A stretch of 61,731 nucleotides of DNA, the filler included, from Globobulimina sp. (lineage: Eukaryota), in NCBI GenBank assembly GCA_003354225.1. It is 26 parts of 26 records of this genome, joined end to end, with 100 filler letters (N's around TTAATTAATTAA, not from the genome) between each part and the next. Parts side by side here need not be neighbours in the genome. Positions count along the whole stretch, not along the records: positions 47,572 to 49,848 come from PIVH01007714.1; positions 49,949 to 52,225 come from PIVH01007715.1; positions 52,326 to 54,602 come from PIVH01007716.1; positions 54,703 to 56,979 come from PIVH01007717.1; positions 57,080 to 59,355 come from PIVH01007718.1; positions 59,456 to 61,731 come from PIVH01007719.1; 20 more parts are not named here. One strand, given 5' to 3'. Shown piece after piece: positions 48,847-61,494 of the stretch. Each line of letters begins with the position of its first letter. The first letter of the stretch is position 1. The translations under genes and the position numbers were made by a program. Below the pieces are notes generated by a model that worked only from the letters and a program-made list of their open reading frames with translations, was not told the origin of the DNA and made no database searches.

Positions 48847-49804
48847 ATGGCTTTTGAGTTACACACTCGATTTCCATCAGCCAGGTCCGCGCCAACAAAA
48901 GTAATTGGCATCGAGAGCAAAGGTGGCACAGTTTATTTTGTCAACATATCGGCCAAAGAGAAACTCAAAAAATCTGCAATCGAAGACAAATTGGGATTAT
49001 CTACATTCCACAGACTTCACTTTTTCAAATGCGACTCTGCCAAAGCATATAAAACCACATTTGCATATTTAAGGCGTAATCATTTCCAAATCAGTATATT
49101 AGAAATATATGCAATCAGCGATACCATATTGGAATCATTCAAAACCGAACTAATTCAATTCATTTCATCTCAATGTTGCTCAAAACTGATTAAATTAGCA
49201 ATACATTCCAACGATGGGGACGCGTTTGCTTTACATGATTTATTTGCTGCTTTGTCGGACTCCGACTCCTTAAGGCACACTTTGCAATGTTTGCAACTTG
49301 AAAATATGGAAATAAATCGAGCCATCAAATTAGATAAAACTCTCTCGAAATTTATTTTTAAACAGCACATTGAGCATTGTCGATGTACGCAATCTTAAAT
49401 TTGGCAGCAGGCAAAACTATGACTTATGCAGTGTGTTAACCAGTTGTTTGTGGCATGGCGGTCATGTCAAAAAAGGCTCAAATTCCTGCAGTATTCGTGA
49501 ATTTTTCTTTGGTGGCGGTGACAATTGGACTGCCAAAGCGATGCATTTAATGTGTGATTTCATTAAATATAATTACAATTTAGAAATATTAGGTGTGGAG
49601 TTATTACATTCTCCAAGAGATAATCCGTTCATTTCCGCAGCTGATGGGACTGCAATTGGAGTATTTATATTATCGCTGGAAAATCATCCATCAATGCAGC
49701 GATTGGAAATATATCATATTCAGGGATATACATTGAAAGTCGTTGGCAATCAGTTTGAAAAACGCGTGAAATGTATGCATTCATTCATATTTTTTTTAGT
49801 TTAA
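48847..49804 (+). CDS. LRR/RNI-like protein with a 1-nt frameshift near 49357
   Basis: Repeated LxxLxL motifs. Deleting one T in ATTTTTAAA fuses the two ORFs (KFILNSTLSIVD). Confidence 0.5.
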
Positions 49805-50661
49805 GGGTTTGGTCCGCTATTTTTTTGACAAATTGACAAAAACGATTTNNNNNNNNNNNNNNNNNNNNNNNNNNNNNNNNNNNNNNNNNNNNTTAATTAA
49901 TTAANNNNNNNNNNNNNNNNNNNNNNNNNNNNNNNNNNNNNNNNNNNNAATTGGTGGCTTTGATTTGAATGCAGAGTATATTTCTTTTGAAGCGGTGCCA
50001 ATGTCGGCTAATTTATAAGTAGATGATAGATGTTTGATTGTAGAATGACATAAAGATGGGACCGTTATATATTTTTTAGTTGCAAATCCAGTAAAAAATT
50101 GTATCACATTATCTCTTGTTGTTTCTTTATTTTTTAATTGTTTTGATACTGTGTCGGTTTTTATTTATATTATATTTATAGTTATTTAATTGTATACAGA
50201 AACATTATCTGTGTTTGTCTATATTATAATTTGTAGATTGTAGATTGTAGATTGTAGTTATAAAATCATCTAAAAAATGATGATAAAAAAGGGAGTACTT
50301 TTTAACAGATATTTGTATAAGAAAAACCTCGGTTTACCACCTTGGCAATAAAAGATAAGTATAATATATTTATAATTGATTGCAGAAAAATATGCAGTTT
50401 GAGAAATGAAAAGGAGAAGAACCAAAACTTTGAGGTAAAGTTTGGTACTTACTCACGTCAAAAAACCGTACTTTTTTGGATAAAATCCGAGAATGATAAA
50501 GGCTGAATCATTCAATGCTGTACAGAGACACTGCTGCAGTACCGTTGCATGTCATGGAAACAGACAGAAACACGCCACAAATAAAAATCGCGAAGTTTGG
50601 TTAAAAAGAGTATAATTTAAATTATGTAAACACACAATTTAAATATACAGAGAAGATTGAA

Positions 50662-52225
50662 TTATATATGTAAACCTTCGACTTTGTCGACTAAATCTTT
50701 ATTAGAGTCAGTGTTTGCCCGTTTTCGTCCATTCATTTCTCTTTGCATAATTTGCATCATTATATCGTCATGCGATTTAGTTTCGGCCTGAGATACAGCT
50801 TTGGATAATAAAAGGGTGGCTTCTCGATCTTGGTTACGGTCCACTGTCAAAGCGGAGATTTTATTGGATTCTAATGTTACTAATTTCTTTTGCGGAGAGG
50901 CATTGCGGGAGAATTTTTGTGTTTCTCTTAAAAAAAACGTTTTTGGCCATGCGGATTTTCTCGATGTGCCACAATTTTTGATTGAAGATAATGCTTCTTT
51001 GGGCCATCAACAATCATTTGGTCAGCTTTCCGTTTTAATTTAAAATGTTTGACTTTTGAATTTAATATACGACCCCCAAAAAATCCGTGATTCCATGGTT
51101 TTAATTGGTCGCCATGTCTATCTAAAAAATGATCGGATTTCAGGGCTTTGAATTGATGTAATATTTTGGGGACAAACCATTTCCACCAAAATTTAACCGC
51201 ATCTCTCTCCATATAATTGGAATAAAAAAATAAATGGAATACAAAATCGAATAACGATCTTGAATCCAATGCACGTTTAATATCAACATAATATGAAAAT
51301 TCATTGAAAATACCATATTTAAATTGATTCCATTCATGATAATATTATCAATGAGAGCAACCAAACAAATACGTTTTTCCTCATTGAAATTTTCCATCGC
51401 ATTTTTCACCGAAACGCCAGTTTTAATAAGACGCTCAATTTTGAATAATAATTCACTGAAATGATTTCTCGCAGTGCCATATAAATTAATTAAATTATGA
51501 ATGGATTGGTTGTCTCGTAATCGTTTCTTGCGATATAACAATAAATTATTGACTTCAATACCAATCTCATGGACATTCTTCGAACGGAATACCTTCAAAT
51601 TCAAGTCATTGAGATACGTATAAAGCATATTTTTATCTAAATATGTCTGCAATGATGTGATTGAGTTAAATCGCGGTGTCGGTGGAGACTTCATTGGAGT
51701 ACCAAGGGGATTATAGGCAAATAAATTGTCATCTAAATCCATGGAATTTGTATTGGAATTTGGTATTCTTGCGAGGAGACGAGGCTATATTGGTATTCTT
51801 GCGATTTCGTGTGGTATGGACAGGAGAAAGAGAGGTTTGAGAGGTGGAACCCTGAATATTTGGGAACTCTGCCTGCTGCGATAAAATGAATACTTCGTCG
51901 GTGGAGATATCATTGCCATCATTTGTAATGTCCCCAACCTCGTCATCGTTGGCATCATTCAATAAATCGCCATTTGGTGTGTTTGTATCGTTGGAGGTTT
52001 GTCCGGCTTTGAAGAAAGCAGACGTTTCTAAATCATAATCCTTGATTTTGCAATAAAGCTTCCATTGTTTGGATTTTCTAAATCTAACGACGGCCGCAAT
52101 GGTAGTTTTGCGACAGAATTCGGCTAATAAATCTTTATCATGTCGAGCATAATGTGCTGGCGCTACAGGAGCTGAATTAAATTTTGATTTGAATCGATCC
52201 AAAATGTCTTGAAACGACGAGGAAA
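50662..52225 (-). pseudogene. Multiply frameshifted hypothetical gene
   Basis: Four consecutive same-strand ORFs, overlapping or adjacent, with breaks near 51740, 51265 and 50930 and no intron-like gaps. Confidence 0.5.
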
Positions 52226-52629
52226 NNNNNNNNNNNNNNNNNNNNNNNNNNNNNNNNNNNNNNNNNNNNTTAATTAATTAANNNNNNNNNNNNNNNNNNN
52301 NNNNNNNNNNNNNNNNNNNNNNNNNTTTTATTAAATAATCCTTAGGCATTATTAACAATACATTGATCCGGCATATTTTTTCGCGCCGCAAAAACTTAAA
52401 ATGTGCAGCAATGCATATAACAGGACATATTATGATGATGTCTCAACTCTCAAAATAATTGAGCAACATTTACTCTCCAACCCATGAATTTTATATAAAC
52501 TAGGAGGAAACAGAGAATTGATAGAAATGGGAGAGAGGGACATCTCTCTAATCAATATATGTATCCTTCCATTTATTGTAGTTCGGATATATTTATTTAA
52601 AACCGTGTCTATTTTTTTATCTTTTAACC

Positions 52630-54546
52630 ATGGAACAACTAATTAGGTTTCGGTTACTCGCAGATTCATTATTACCAAATGAGTTTGATTTATTTACTAA
52701 AACAGCACGTTTAGACATACGAAGCATGCTTTTAAAAGAATTATTCCATTCATTTCAGGCACAAATGCGAACGGAGACAAATACAACAAAATTAACAGAA
52801 ACGATACAAATTATCTCAAATATAATTAGTGCCAGAAATTCAACACAATTAAAAGAAATTGAGTCAAAAAAAGAAGAGCCAACAACATTATCATTACATA
52901 ATTTACCATTTGCACTTATTGGCGAATGTGCCTCTTATTTACCATTTATTGATTACAATTCAATACAAAATGTATCAAGATCTGTATTTATTGGATGCAA
53001 TGATGTAATCAATGCAGTGACAACAATTAATGACAAAATATTTCGCAGAAATTATACCATGAAACTAATTAAGTTCCGGTTTCTCGCAGATTCATTATTG
53101 CAAAATGAGTTTGATTTATTTATTAAAACAGCACATATAAATATACGAAGCGCACTTTTAAAAGGATTATTTAATTCATTTCAGGCACAAATGCGAACGG
53201 AGACAAATAATACAAAATTATCCGAAACTATTCAAATTATCTCAAAAATAATTCGAGCAAGAAATTCAAAACAAATCAAAGAAATTGAATCAAAAAAAGA
53301 AGCAACAACATTATCATTAAATGATTTGCCATATGCACTCATTGGAGAATGTGCTTCTTATTTACCATTTATTGATTACAATTCATTACAAAATGTGTCA
53401 AGACCTGTATTTATTGGATGCAATGATCCAAACACAGTGACAACAATTGATACAACAATATTTCACAGAAATTATGAATCCAATCAACATTTACAATTAC
53501 GAAAATATAAAAAAGTAAATCATTTTGAAATTTATATAGATTATCTTTGTGAAATGAAGTCAATTCACAATTTACCATTATCACCAGATACAAAATCATT
53601 GTTATTGTGTGATATGACTACAAATGGAATAAAGAAATTTTTGAATATGAAATGTTTCAATTTTGATAAAATTGAAAAACTTATCCTTGAGACACACAAT
53701 GAGTTTGAAGAAAACATGTGGGAGGAAATCCAAATTAATCATGTTACATTTTGTGATTTATTAAAATGTTTCAAAAATATAAGATTTTTCGAATTTGAGT
53801 GTTGGAATAGCATTTTTGAAACACAACGTTTGGAATCAATTTTTGACAATGAACAATTTAGAAACAAAGTATTCAATAATTTACAAGGTTTATCTTTGTG
53901 CCTCACTCTGGACGAGGAGACTGAGAACGATTTGGCTAATTTTTATAACCATTTATTGCATTATTTCAGTGATAAATTATTATCATTACATATCTATTAT
54001 GATATAATCCCTCCAAAAAATGGATTTATTAATTTAAAAGAAGTATGTATTCGCGAGGTAAATTATAATAAAATAAATTCTATATTAAAGACTGCAAAAA
54101 AATTAGAAAGAATACATTTAGACATTCCTTGTATTCCAGATAAGAAATTAGAAGATATTTTAGTGGAATTATTGAGTCAGAATACATTGGAATTCATTTC
54201 AATTGAGATTGGCAATAATGAAGAAGCAATAAAAAATGTATTACAAAACATATCATTTTCAAAACGAAAAAAATTAAAAATAAAAATAAAGTTCAAAATT
54301 TGGTTTGGTGGAAATGCAAATGAATATCTTGAAATTTTAGAAAATATGTTTAGTAAAGATGGTGTTTTTGATGATTGGATGATAATATTTAGATTTCGCT
54401 TTGTTGAATCAATGAGAAAACATTTTAGTGGAAAAGAACAACACAGCATTGGTGATGTAGTGCAATTGGTGAAAACTAATAAAGACTGTAAAATTAATGG
54501 TTGGAGAGAGAAATGGCTATATCATTGTTCCCCTTGTACTGAATAA
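52630..54546 (+). CDS. F-box-like/LRR-like protein with a tandemly duplicated 143-aa N-terminus
   Basis: LxLxxLPxALIGECASYLPFIDY occurs twice; the second unit starts at ATG 53059. Confidence 0.8.
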   Translation: MEQLIRFRLLADSLLPNEFDLFTKTARLDIRSMLLKELFHSFQAQMRTETNTTKLTETIQIISNIISARNSTQLKEIESKKEEPTTLSLHNLPFALIGECASYLPFIDYNSIQNVSRSVFIGCNDVINAVTTINDKIFRRNYTMKLIKFRFLADSLLQNEFDLFIKTAHINIRSALLKGLFNSFQAQMRTETNNTKLSETIQIISKIIRARNSKQIKEIESKKEATTLSLNDLPYALIGECASYLPFIDYNSLQNVSRPVFIGCNDPNTVTTIDTTIFHRNYESNQHLQLRKYKKVNHFEIYIDYLCEMKSIHNLPLSPDTKSLLLCDMTTNGIKKFLNMKCFNFDKIEKLILETHNEFEENMWEEIQINHVTFCDLLKCFKNIRFFEFECWNSIFETQRLESIFDNEQFRNKVFNNLQGLSLCLTLDEETENDLANFYNHLLHYFSDKLLSLHIYYDIIPPKNGFINLKEVCIREVNYNKINSILKTAKKLERIHLDIPCIPDKKLEDILVELLSQNTLEFISIEIGNNEEAIKNVLQNISFSKRKKLKIKIKFKIWFGGNANEYLEILENMFSKDGVFDDWMIIFRFRFVESMRKHFSGKEQHSIGDVVQLVKTNKDCKINGWREKWLYHCSPCTE

Positions 54547-54968
54547 TATTATAACTCTTTACTTTCACTTCAACGATATGTCAGTGCATTGCAAAAAGAT
54601 TTNNNNNNNNNNNNNNNNNNNNNNNNNNNNNNNNNNNNNNNNNNNNTTAATTAATTAANNNNNNNNNNNNNNNNNNNNNNNNNNNNNNNNNNNNNNNNNN
54701 NNTTTTTAGGTTCACACTTCTTTTGTGATTGTAATAACTGCATTTATCGGAGAGGTTTGTAGGTTTGACCATATTGTCACTACAGATCAGCAGTAATGAA
54801 AGAAACATAATCGGATTTTGTCGCACCTACAAACATTGAAACTTAAAGACATTTTTTATCCTCGTCAGGCAAATGAAATGCACAAAATTACAAAGCAAAA
54901 ATTTTTAATACTAACAAAATATACATATTACAAAAAAACAGTACAATATTATTTTTGTTTAATTAATA

Positions 54969-55789
54969 TTATTGATTGATATTACCTTTTCGATTTTTTT
55001 TTCTTTTTTTTCTTTTTTTATCACCGGAGTATTTTAGGATGGGTTTACGTGTTGTAATTGGTTGTGGCATTGATTGCGGTGGGAATGTAGTCGGATATGG
55101 TGCTGTATATAGTGTTGGATTTGGTGTTGGATATGGTGTCGGATATGGCGTTGGATATGGTGTTGGATTTGGTGTTGGATATGGCGTTGGATATGGTGTC
55201 GGATTTATTAACATCGGAGTTTTAAGTGTTGGTTCAAGTGTGGTGATTGCAAATGGCGTTGTATCAGAATTTGCTCTCTTGCAATATGCTGATGGTGAGC
55301 AGCTAAATGCAGATGCTTGGCTTGAATAAATGGACATGCCCTCGCAACTGGTATACCTTCCACATGTCAAGCCACATTTGCCTGTACCACAATAAAATTC
55401 TGTGTTACCTTTTTGTGTGTAAAGCATATTTTTTATTTTATTTTTATATATTACATATAAAATCTGTATGAATGACAATATATATATACACCTTTGCATG
55501 CATCTTTTTGAGTACATATAAGCTCAACATCAGTTGCTTTTTTTGCAATGATGCGTGTGTTGCCAGAACATGCATTGTCTCCGTAACATGTAATAATGCA
55601 TTTGTCCCCAGATCTACATCGTAATGTACTATCTTTGCATGTGTCTTTTCCTACGCATTTTAACCTGCAGGTTTCTCCTGATTTTTCCTTGCTACAACGG
55701 CATGATCCGCTACATTGAATAATTTCGCCGTTCAACAAAACAGTATGCAACAAAAGTGTCCATAGGATCAGAACCCTGCTGATTGGCAT
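54969..55789 (-). CDS. Secreted Cys-rich protein with PTP(Y/N) repeats; intron 55409-55491
   Basis: Signal peptide, repeated C-x4/5-C modules and a 12-bp tandem repeat at ~55090-55205. The 3' end is probably spliced further (donor 55024). Confidence 0.75.
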
Positions 55790-55872
55790 TGTTGCACGTA
55801 ACTAAAATAACTTTCGAGAGGAACGAAAACAACTTTGGTGTCTTGAACTACTAAGACTGTAAAAAAAAAACA

Positions 55873-56880
55873 ATGACTTCTCAGTATACATTTGAAGATT
55901 CAAAGGAAGCAAATCTTATCAACGCATCATTTGATACGAGTTCTTTTGATCTTTCCCGCGGACCAGCTGCATACCATGCATATGTTCGACAGAAATTATT
56001 AAAAAACAATATTGAATTAAAAAATGATATTGAAGCATTAGAGAAAAACGGTTATGTTATTTTACATGGTTTGTTGAGTTCAAATGAAATAAATGAAATT
56101 TATACAACATCACTAAATTTATTATCAATGTCTTCGTATTTTGGTCGTAATGATTTTGAAGGATATAAAACAAAGCGATTAAGGTAATCTGGAATTAAAT
56201 AATAGCAATTTATACCATTACAATAATATAAGCCATCTATTTTATGTTTGTATTGTACATAAAATTCAGAAACAGGAACATAGAATAAATGCAATATTCA
56301 AATTCTTTTGATGTATAAACGTATCTTATACATGTTTCTGTTTCTGAATATTATGTACGAAATCATAAATTATATTATGTACAAACGTGGCTAGTCTTGT
56401 TTTATTGCAATAGTGCTGTACTATCTTAAGTGGATTGTTAGGCAAATCCCGCGTTTATGATAAAATGATATTAAATGAACGTCTTGAAAGTATATGTTCA
56501 TACTATTTATATCCAAATTATTTACTAGGAATAACCCAATTGGCTCAAATATTTCCTCAGTCAAAACGACAAGCACTTCATCGAGATTCTGGTTCTTACT
56601 TATTTTTCGATACCAAATTACCTCGAAAGACACCAGTGGCCATCAATATGGTTTGGGCATTGAATGATTTTACAGAAACAAATGGAGCGACAGTATTTAT
56701 ACCAGGCAGTCATTTATGGACTGAAAAAAGGAAAATAAATTATAAAACGGATAAAATAGTGGCTGCTGAAATGAAAGGTATAGCATCATGCAAATATTTG
56801 TGTGTGTTCTATAATTGTTTTGTTTGTGTGCAGCTGGTTCATGTTTGGTATATTTTGGAACATTGTATCATTGTGGTAAT
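55873..56880 (+). CDS. Phytanoyl-CoA dioxygenase (PhyH) family, 3'-partial; intron 56184-56430
   Basis: LEKNGYVIL, GRNDFEGYKTKR, QALHRD and WALNDFTETNGATVFIPGSH. Confidence 0.9.
56255..56358. mobile_element. MITE-like inverted repeat inside the PhyH intron
   Basis: 56255-56281 pairs with 56332-56358 (25/27). Confidence 0.6.
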
Positions 56881-57617
56881 CATAGCATTTACTGTCAGAA
56901 TCATCAGTAGTATCTTCCGCTTTGGTCTTGCTGTTGTTTGTGGCGACGGTGGCAGTGTCAGTGCTGGTGTTGGTCGTGGNNNNNNNNNNNNNNNNNNNNN
57001 NNNNNNNNNNNNNNNNNNNNNNNTTAATTAATTAANNNNNNNNNNNNNNNNNNNNNNNNNNNNNNNNNNNNNNNNNNNNATATATTTTTGATGGCAGACT
57101 AAATCTTGCCAATTTTGTGCCTGTACGTGATCGATATTGTGGTATGAAGATATTATATTAATTTAATGTGATATTTAATTTAATTGATTATAATATTAAT
57201 GATTCGCTTATTTCTACCATAATTATAAAGTTGTAATTTTACGCATCATAAATATGCAGAGAGAAATGCTTAATTTGACTAAGAGAAAGTGGTAAACAGC
57301 CACCACCAAAGAGTTTATTTGTTATCTGACAAAACGGTTACAAAACAATCAATATATCTCTGCTGGTTTTAATTGATTGGATGCATATTTAGTATAACCA
57401 TCAATACGCACACAATATACTTTGGCACACAATAAATATGAAATTTCATGATCAATGCACCAATGACCCATGCAAATATTTGTTAAAACCAGTATTGATG
57501 GTATATGAATATGTTTGGCTCATCACCCATATCTAGTCTCTGCTGTGTGCGCACATGCCTCCTCACACGATACTGTTCACTTTCGCTTTTTGTGAAGGAT
57601 AAGAAAATTAAAAAATT

Positions 57618-58820
57618 TTAAAAACATTTTCTGTGTATTACTTTGCTACCAATCTCATCGTACTCATCTTTATTAATCAACATGTTTTCAAATGAGGTCC
57701 ACGTCGACAAAATAGACGCTCCGATCCAAACACTATATTTTCTACATTGCGGTGCAACAATTTTGCACTCTATCACAGGTTTACTATATTTATGCACTTC
57801 ATCCACAATGTCTTTATATAACTTCTTCTCATAATTACGCCGCAAATATCCATCAATGACACAAGAATCAATGCCATCAAACAATATATTCATCTCTTTC
57901 CCCAATCTTTCCTCAATTTTATCTGACGATGTACCAAACATTGTATTGCCTCCACTCAGCACAATGTTGCACATTTCAATCCAGTTATGATCACATTTCA
58001 TGATCGAATCATAGATCATTTCGTGGATACCATTGCAATCTCTACCAATCAATTTCGGTTCAAACATAACCTCAAAACATCCAATCCTCTCATCGCAGAC
58101 TGTAATAATTTCCCCGTCCGGCAATTCATACTTTTTATGAATATCCATATCACCAAATTCCGCATCAAAATCATATGCAACATAGCATAATTTCTCTTTA
58201 ATATCTCTGACAATCTCCCTTTCCGCAGAAGTAGTAAAATCATAACCTCTTTTAACAAATAACTGCATTAAATACGCAGTCAGATCAGCACCGCCAATCT
58301 GCAATGTATTGATGCCATATTTCAATGCATGTCCTTCATAAACAGGCACTGTCTGTGTAACACTGCCAGATTCCAATACAATTCCTGTGGTTCGACCTGA
58401 ACAATACATGGAAGCAACCGCCGTATTTAACAAATACATTCCGGGCACATTGAATGTTTCAAACATTATTTCAGCGCTTTTCTCTCTGTTAAGTTTGGGA
58501 TTTAATATATGCTCTGTCAATAATACAGAATGTTCCTGAGGTGCAATTCTGAGCTCATTATAGAATGTATGATGCCATATTTTTTCCATATCTCTCCAAC
58601 TTACAACAATTCCGTTTTTCAGTGGATAATGATTTTTTAACACACCTCTTCTCGCATTGCATTCATCGCCAACATAGGCATCTTTTTGAGCCATTCCTAC
58701 CATGACGCCGTAGTGTCGGGGTCGTTTTACAATGGTTGGAAATACTGCTCGTGGATGGTCATCACCGCCGAATCCGGCTTTCATCATAGTAGTGCCATTG
58801 TCAATTATCAAATGTGCCAT
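57618..58820 (-). CDS. Divergent actin-like protein, intronless
   Basis: [67 protein letters not shown] and HRKCF. Confidence 0.95.
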   Translation of the reverse strand: MAHLIIDNGTTMMKAGFGGDDHPRAVFPTIVKRPRHYGVMVGMAQKDAYVGDECNARRGVLKNHYPLKNGIVVSWRDMEKIWHHTFYNELRIAPQEHSVLLTEHILNPKLNREKSAEIMFETFNVPGMYLLNTAVASMYCSGRTTGIVLESGSVTQTVPVYEGHALKYGINTLQIGGADLTAYLMQLFVKRGYDFTTSAEREIVRDIKEKLCYVAYDFDAEFGDMDIHKKYELPDGEIITVCDERIGCFEVMFEPKLIGRDCNGIHEMIYDSIMKCDHNWIEMCNIVLSGGNTMFGTSSDKIEERLGKEMNILFDGIDSCVIDGYLRRNYEKKLYKDIVDEVHKYSKPVIECKIVAPQCRKYSVWIGASILSTWTSFENMLINKDEYDEIGSKVIHRKCF

Positions 58821-59455
58821 GATGTTAGTAGCTAGATGTTAGTGACACATTTTTAAAAAATCACATGAGACGAAGACTCGGAGAGTGCTAATTTTCAGAT
58901 AAAAATACAACAATCACTAACTTATCAAAACAATAACACAATAACTTATCAAAACAAGCATCCCAGAAACACGAACATTGGAAAAAACAGAATGTTGAAA
59001 AAGAGAACTAAATAAATCATGAAAAACGGGTGAAATAAATCATAAAAACACAAAATATGAATAATGTCACTGTCAAAATGCAAATAAATTATCAAAAATA
59101 ACTCAAAAACAAACTCACTTTCTAATTATCGTATAATTGCCATAATAATCACCGTTAATATGTGCCACAAATACGTCCACATTAAACTTATTTTGCCCAT
59201 CATATTTTTTATAAGTCTCCAATGGTACAATCACGGTCTTATAGCCTTTAAAAAATGCGCCGTATCGAGACACGAACACTTTAACATACAAAACCTCGGC
59301 AAACCAAGAAACAATAAATCTAATTTCCGTATTGTTTTTAATCGATAATCCATCGNNNNNNNNNNNNNNNNNNNNNNNNNNNNNNNNNNNNNNNNNNNNT
59401 TAATTAATTAANNNNNNNNNNNNNNNNNNNNNNNNNNNNNNNNNNNNNNNNNNNN

Positions 59456-59656
59456 TTTTCAAGATAATCTCTGATGTAGACCCCTAGAAATCTGTTATGT
59501 ATTATCCATTGGTGCGGGATTATCATTTACCTTCCCATCAGGACCCACTTCCACAGATTTAGTTACCTTATCCGCTTCATCGCCCTCTCCAATTGATATT
59601 GTTAGCCATAATAACAATATAAAGTGAAAAACTAACTGGCGTTTGGACACGGACAT
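59456..59656 (-). CDS. Secreted protein, 5' part only; intron 59484-59530
   Basis: MSVSKRQLVFHFILLLWLTISIG signal peptide; a phase-0 intron gives GPDGK|GSTSEIILK. Confidence 0.55.
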
Positions 59657-59753
59657 GGTTGGTAGTTTGTTCTAGTCTAAAATTAAATTCCTCCTTGCAC
59701 ACAATGTCACTGAACAAGGAAACATCGTGTATCAGTATGTTATCATAATTATG

Positions 59754-60467
59754 TTACGTTCTTATTCCAGCCATTTGTCTTTGTAGTTGCTGTTCTGCCT
59801 CCTCAGACTCCCTCCATTGTTCCACATATTCGGGAGAATAAGCAGCAGCCATCCAGTCTGCCATTTGGTTTTTAGCATCTTTTAGGCCAATGGCTTGAGG
59901 GTTTGCAACGCCCGATTGCTTAAATCCAATATATTCCTTATATCGTTTTGCTTGATGTACAGCATTCATACCACCAAACATAAATGCTCCACAGCCCAAT
60001 GTATATACATGGAACGAGATCGGTATTTCGTGCGTCAAAGACATGAATCGTTTGGCCCACAATGACAAAAGTACACCAACTCCTAATCCAAATATTGACC
60101 CTCGAATTCCTCCCATTAGAGCACGCCTTAACAATGCATCCTGTGTAAACATTGAGTCATGTCTTAATTTTGATTTTTCTGGTTCCCAATCCAAATGTGC
60201 ATCATATCCGCCTTGGTTGGCATATCTCGACACAAATGTTGATGACTTGTTTGAATTCGATGCATATGTATTTAATGGTTCATCATGCTCAATATCATCA
60301 TCTAAATCATCCACTGATACATTGGAATAATCTGGAACAAGTTCAGTCGCAGTGTCGCCATCAAGTAGTCTATTTAATTCTGGCGGTAGTTCAGGATATG
60401 CCAATGTGTATCGAGTTGTGCCAGTTTCATTTTCTTCATGTTTTAACTTTTGGCCAATTTGAGACAT
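59754..60467 (-). CDS. Two-TM membrane protein (loosely HIG1/Rcf-like)
   Basis: Gly-rich TM hairpin GGIRGSIFGLGVGVLL...YTLGCGAFMFGG. Confidence 0.55.
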   Translation of the reverse strand: MSQIGQKLKHEENETGTTRYTLAYPELPPELNRLLDGDTATELVPDYSNVSVDDLDDDIEHDEPLNTYASNSNKSSTFVSRYANQGGYDAHLDWEPEKSKLRHDSMFTQDALLRRALMGGIRGSIFGLGVGVLLSLWAKRFMSLTHEIPISFHVYTLGCGAFMFGGMNAVHQAKRYKEYIGFKQSGVANPQAIGLKDAKNQMADWMAAAYSPEYVEQWRESEEAEQQLQRQMAGIRT

Positions 60468-60519
60468 TATGTTTTGTTTGTTAAAGTTTTTTATACTGAA
60501 ATATATAATATCAACTAAA

Positions 60520-61494
60520 ATGACGTCGACAACAAAGAGTGCCTTAACAGAAGCTAATCAACAAGAAATGCAAAGAGAATTAGAACAACTTGCATCAAGT
60601 CATAAAAAAGCTAAATTGCAAGAATTGTTTACCAGACAAGATGAATTACGGCCATATCCAATTGAAATAAATGATAATAATGAAAATAATCCACGATCGC
60701 AATCAGCACCAAATTTGGTGGATGCTAATCGATCCAATGAAGAAATTGAAGCAATGAAACATGAGTTTAATGATTTACAGAAAAAGCAATTAGATAAACA
60801 AATATCCAAACAATTTTTATTGCGCTCTGATGAGGCTGTCAATGATGTTGATGCGCAAATTGATGAAAAAAAGCAGGGCTATGGATCTGGATCAGATACC
60901 AGCGGCGAACAAAAAGTGAGTCAACAGGACATTACAGATATGAGGGCAGAATTTGATAAGTATCAAAAGAAAATATTATCGACACAAATCGAGAAATCAT
61001 TTCGTTTACGAACCTCAATCGATATCACCAAAAAATTCGAACCCGATCAAGAGTCGATACAAGAAATGAAACAAGAATTTCAAAAACTGAATAAAATGAT
61101 GGTGAGGATGATTAGCACAAAAACTATAGAAATGGGGATTGCGAATCCAGAGATTACACCGAAGCATCACGAACAATTTAACTCATTAATGCGAGACATT
61201 GGCATTGTAAATCAAGTTATTTTGGATAATTTATGGCTGAATATCGAAAAAACGGTAAATCAAAATTATAATAATGACGAATTCGACGATGATGATGTTA
61301 GTTTTAAAACAGATGATGATTTTGTTGATGATGAGCCAATCGTCAACGAGAATATTACTATTATACAGAAATTAGAAAACGAGAATAAATTACTTCGTCA
61401 ACGAATGAAATATATGGAAGAACAAATATCTTCATTAGAAATTGCACAATCTCCAGTTGATAGTCTTGATGATCAAATGTTAATTGTTAATTAA
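60520..61494 (+). CDS. Coiled-coil protein with three internal repeats
   Basis: IxxMKxEFxxLxK motif three times (EEIEAMKHEF, QDITDMRAEF, ESIQEMKQEF). Confidence 0.7.
   Translation: MTSTTKSALTEANQQEMQRELEQLASSHKKAKLQELFTRQDELRPYPIEINDNNENNPRSQSAPNLVDANRSNEEIEAMKHEFNDLQKKQLDKQISKQFLLRSDEAVNDVDAQIDEKKQGYGSGSDTSGEQKVSQQDITDMRAEFDKYQKKILSTQIEKSFRLRTSIDITKKFEPDQESIQEMKQEFQKLNKMMVRMISTKTIEMGIANPEITPKHHEQFNSLMRDIGIVNQVILDNLWLNIEKTVNQNYNNDEFDDDDVSFKTDDDFVDDEPIVNENITIIQKLENENKLLRQRMKYMEEQISSLEIAQSPVDSLDDQMLIVN

Noticed and set aside
59456-59530. Second alternative-genetic-code fragment
   Set aside because: The stops are removed by an ordinary 47-nt GT-AG intron.
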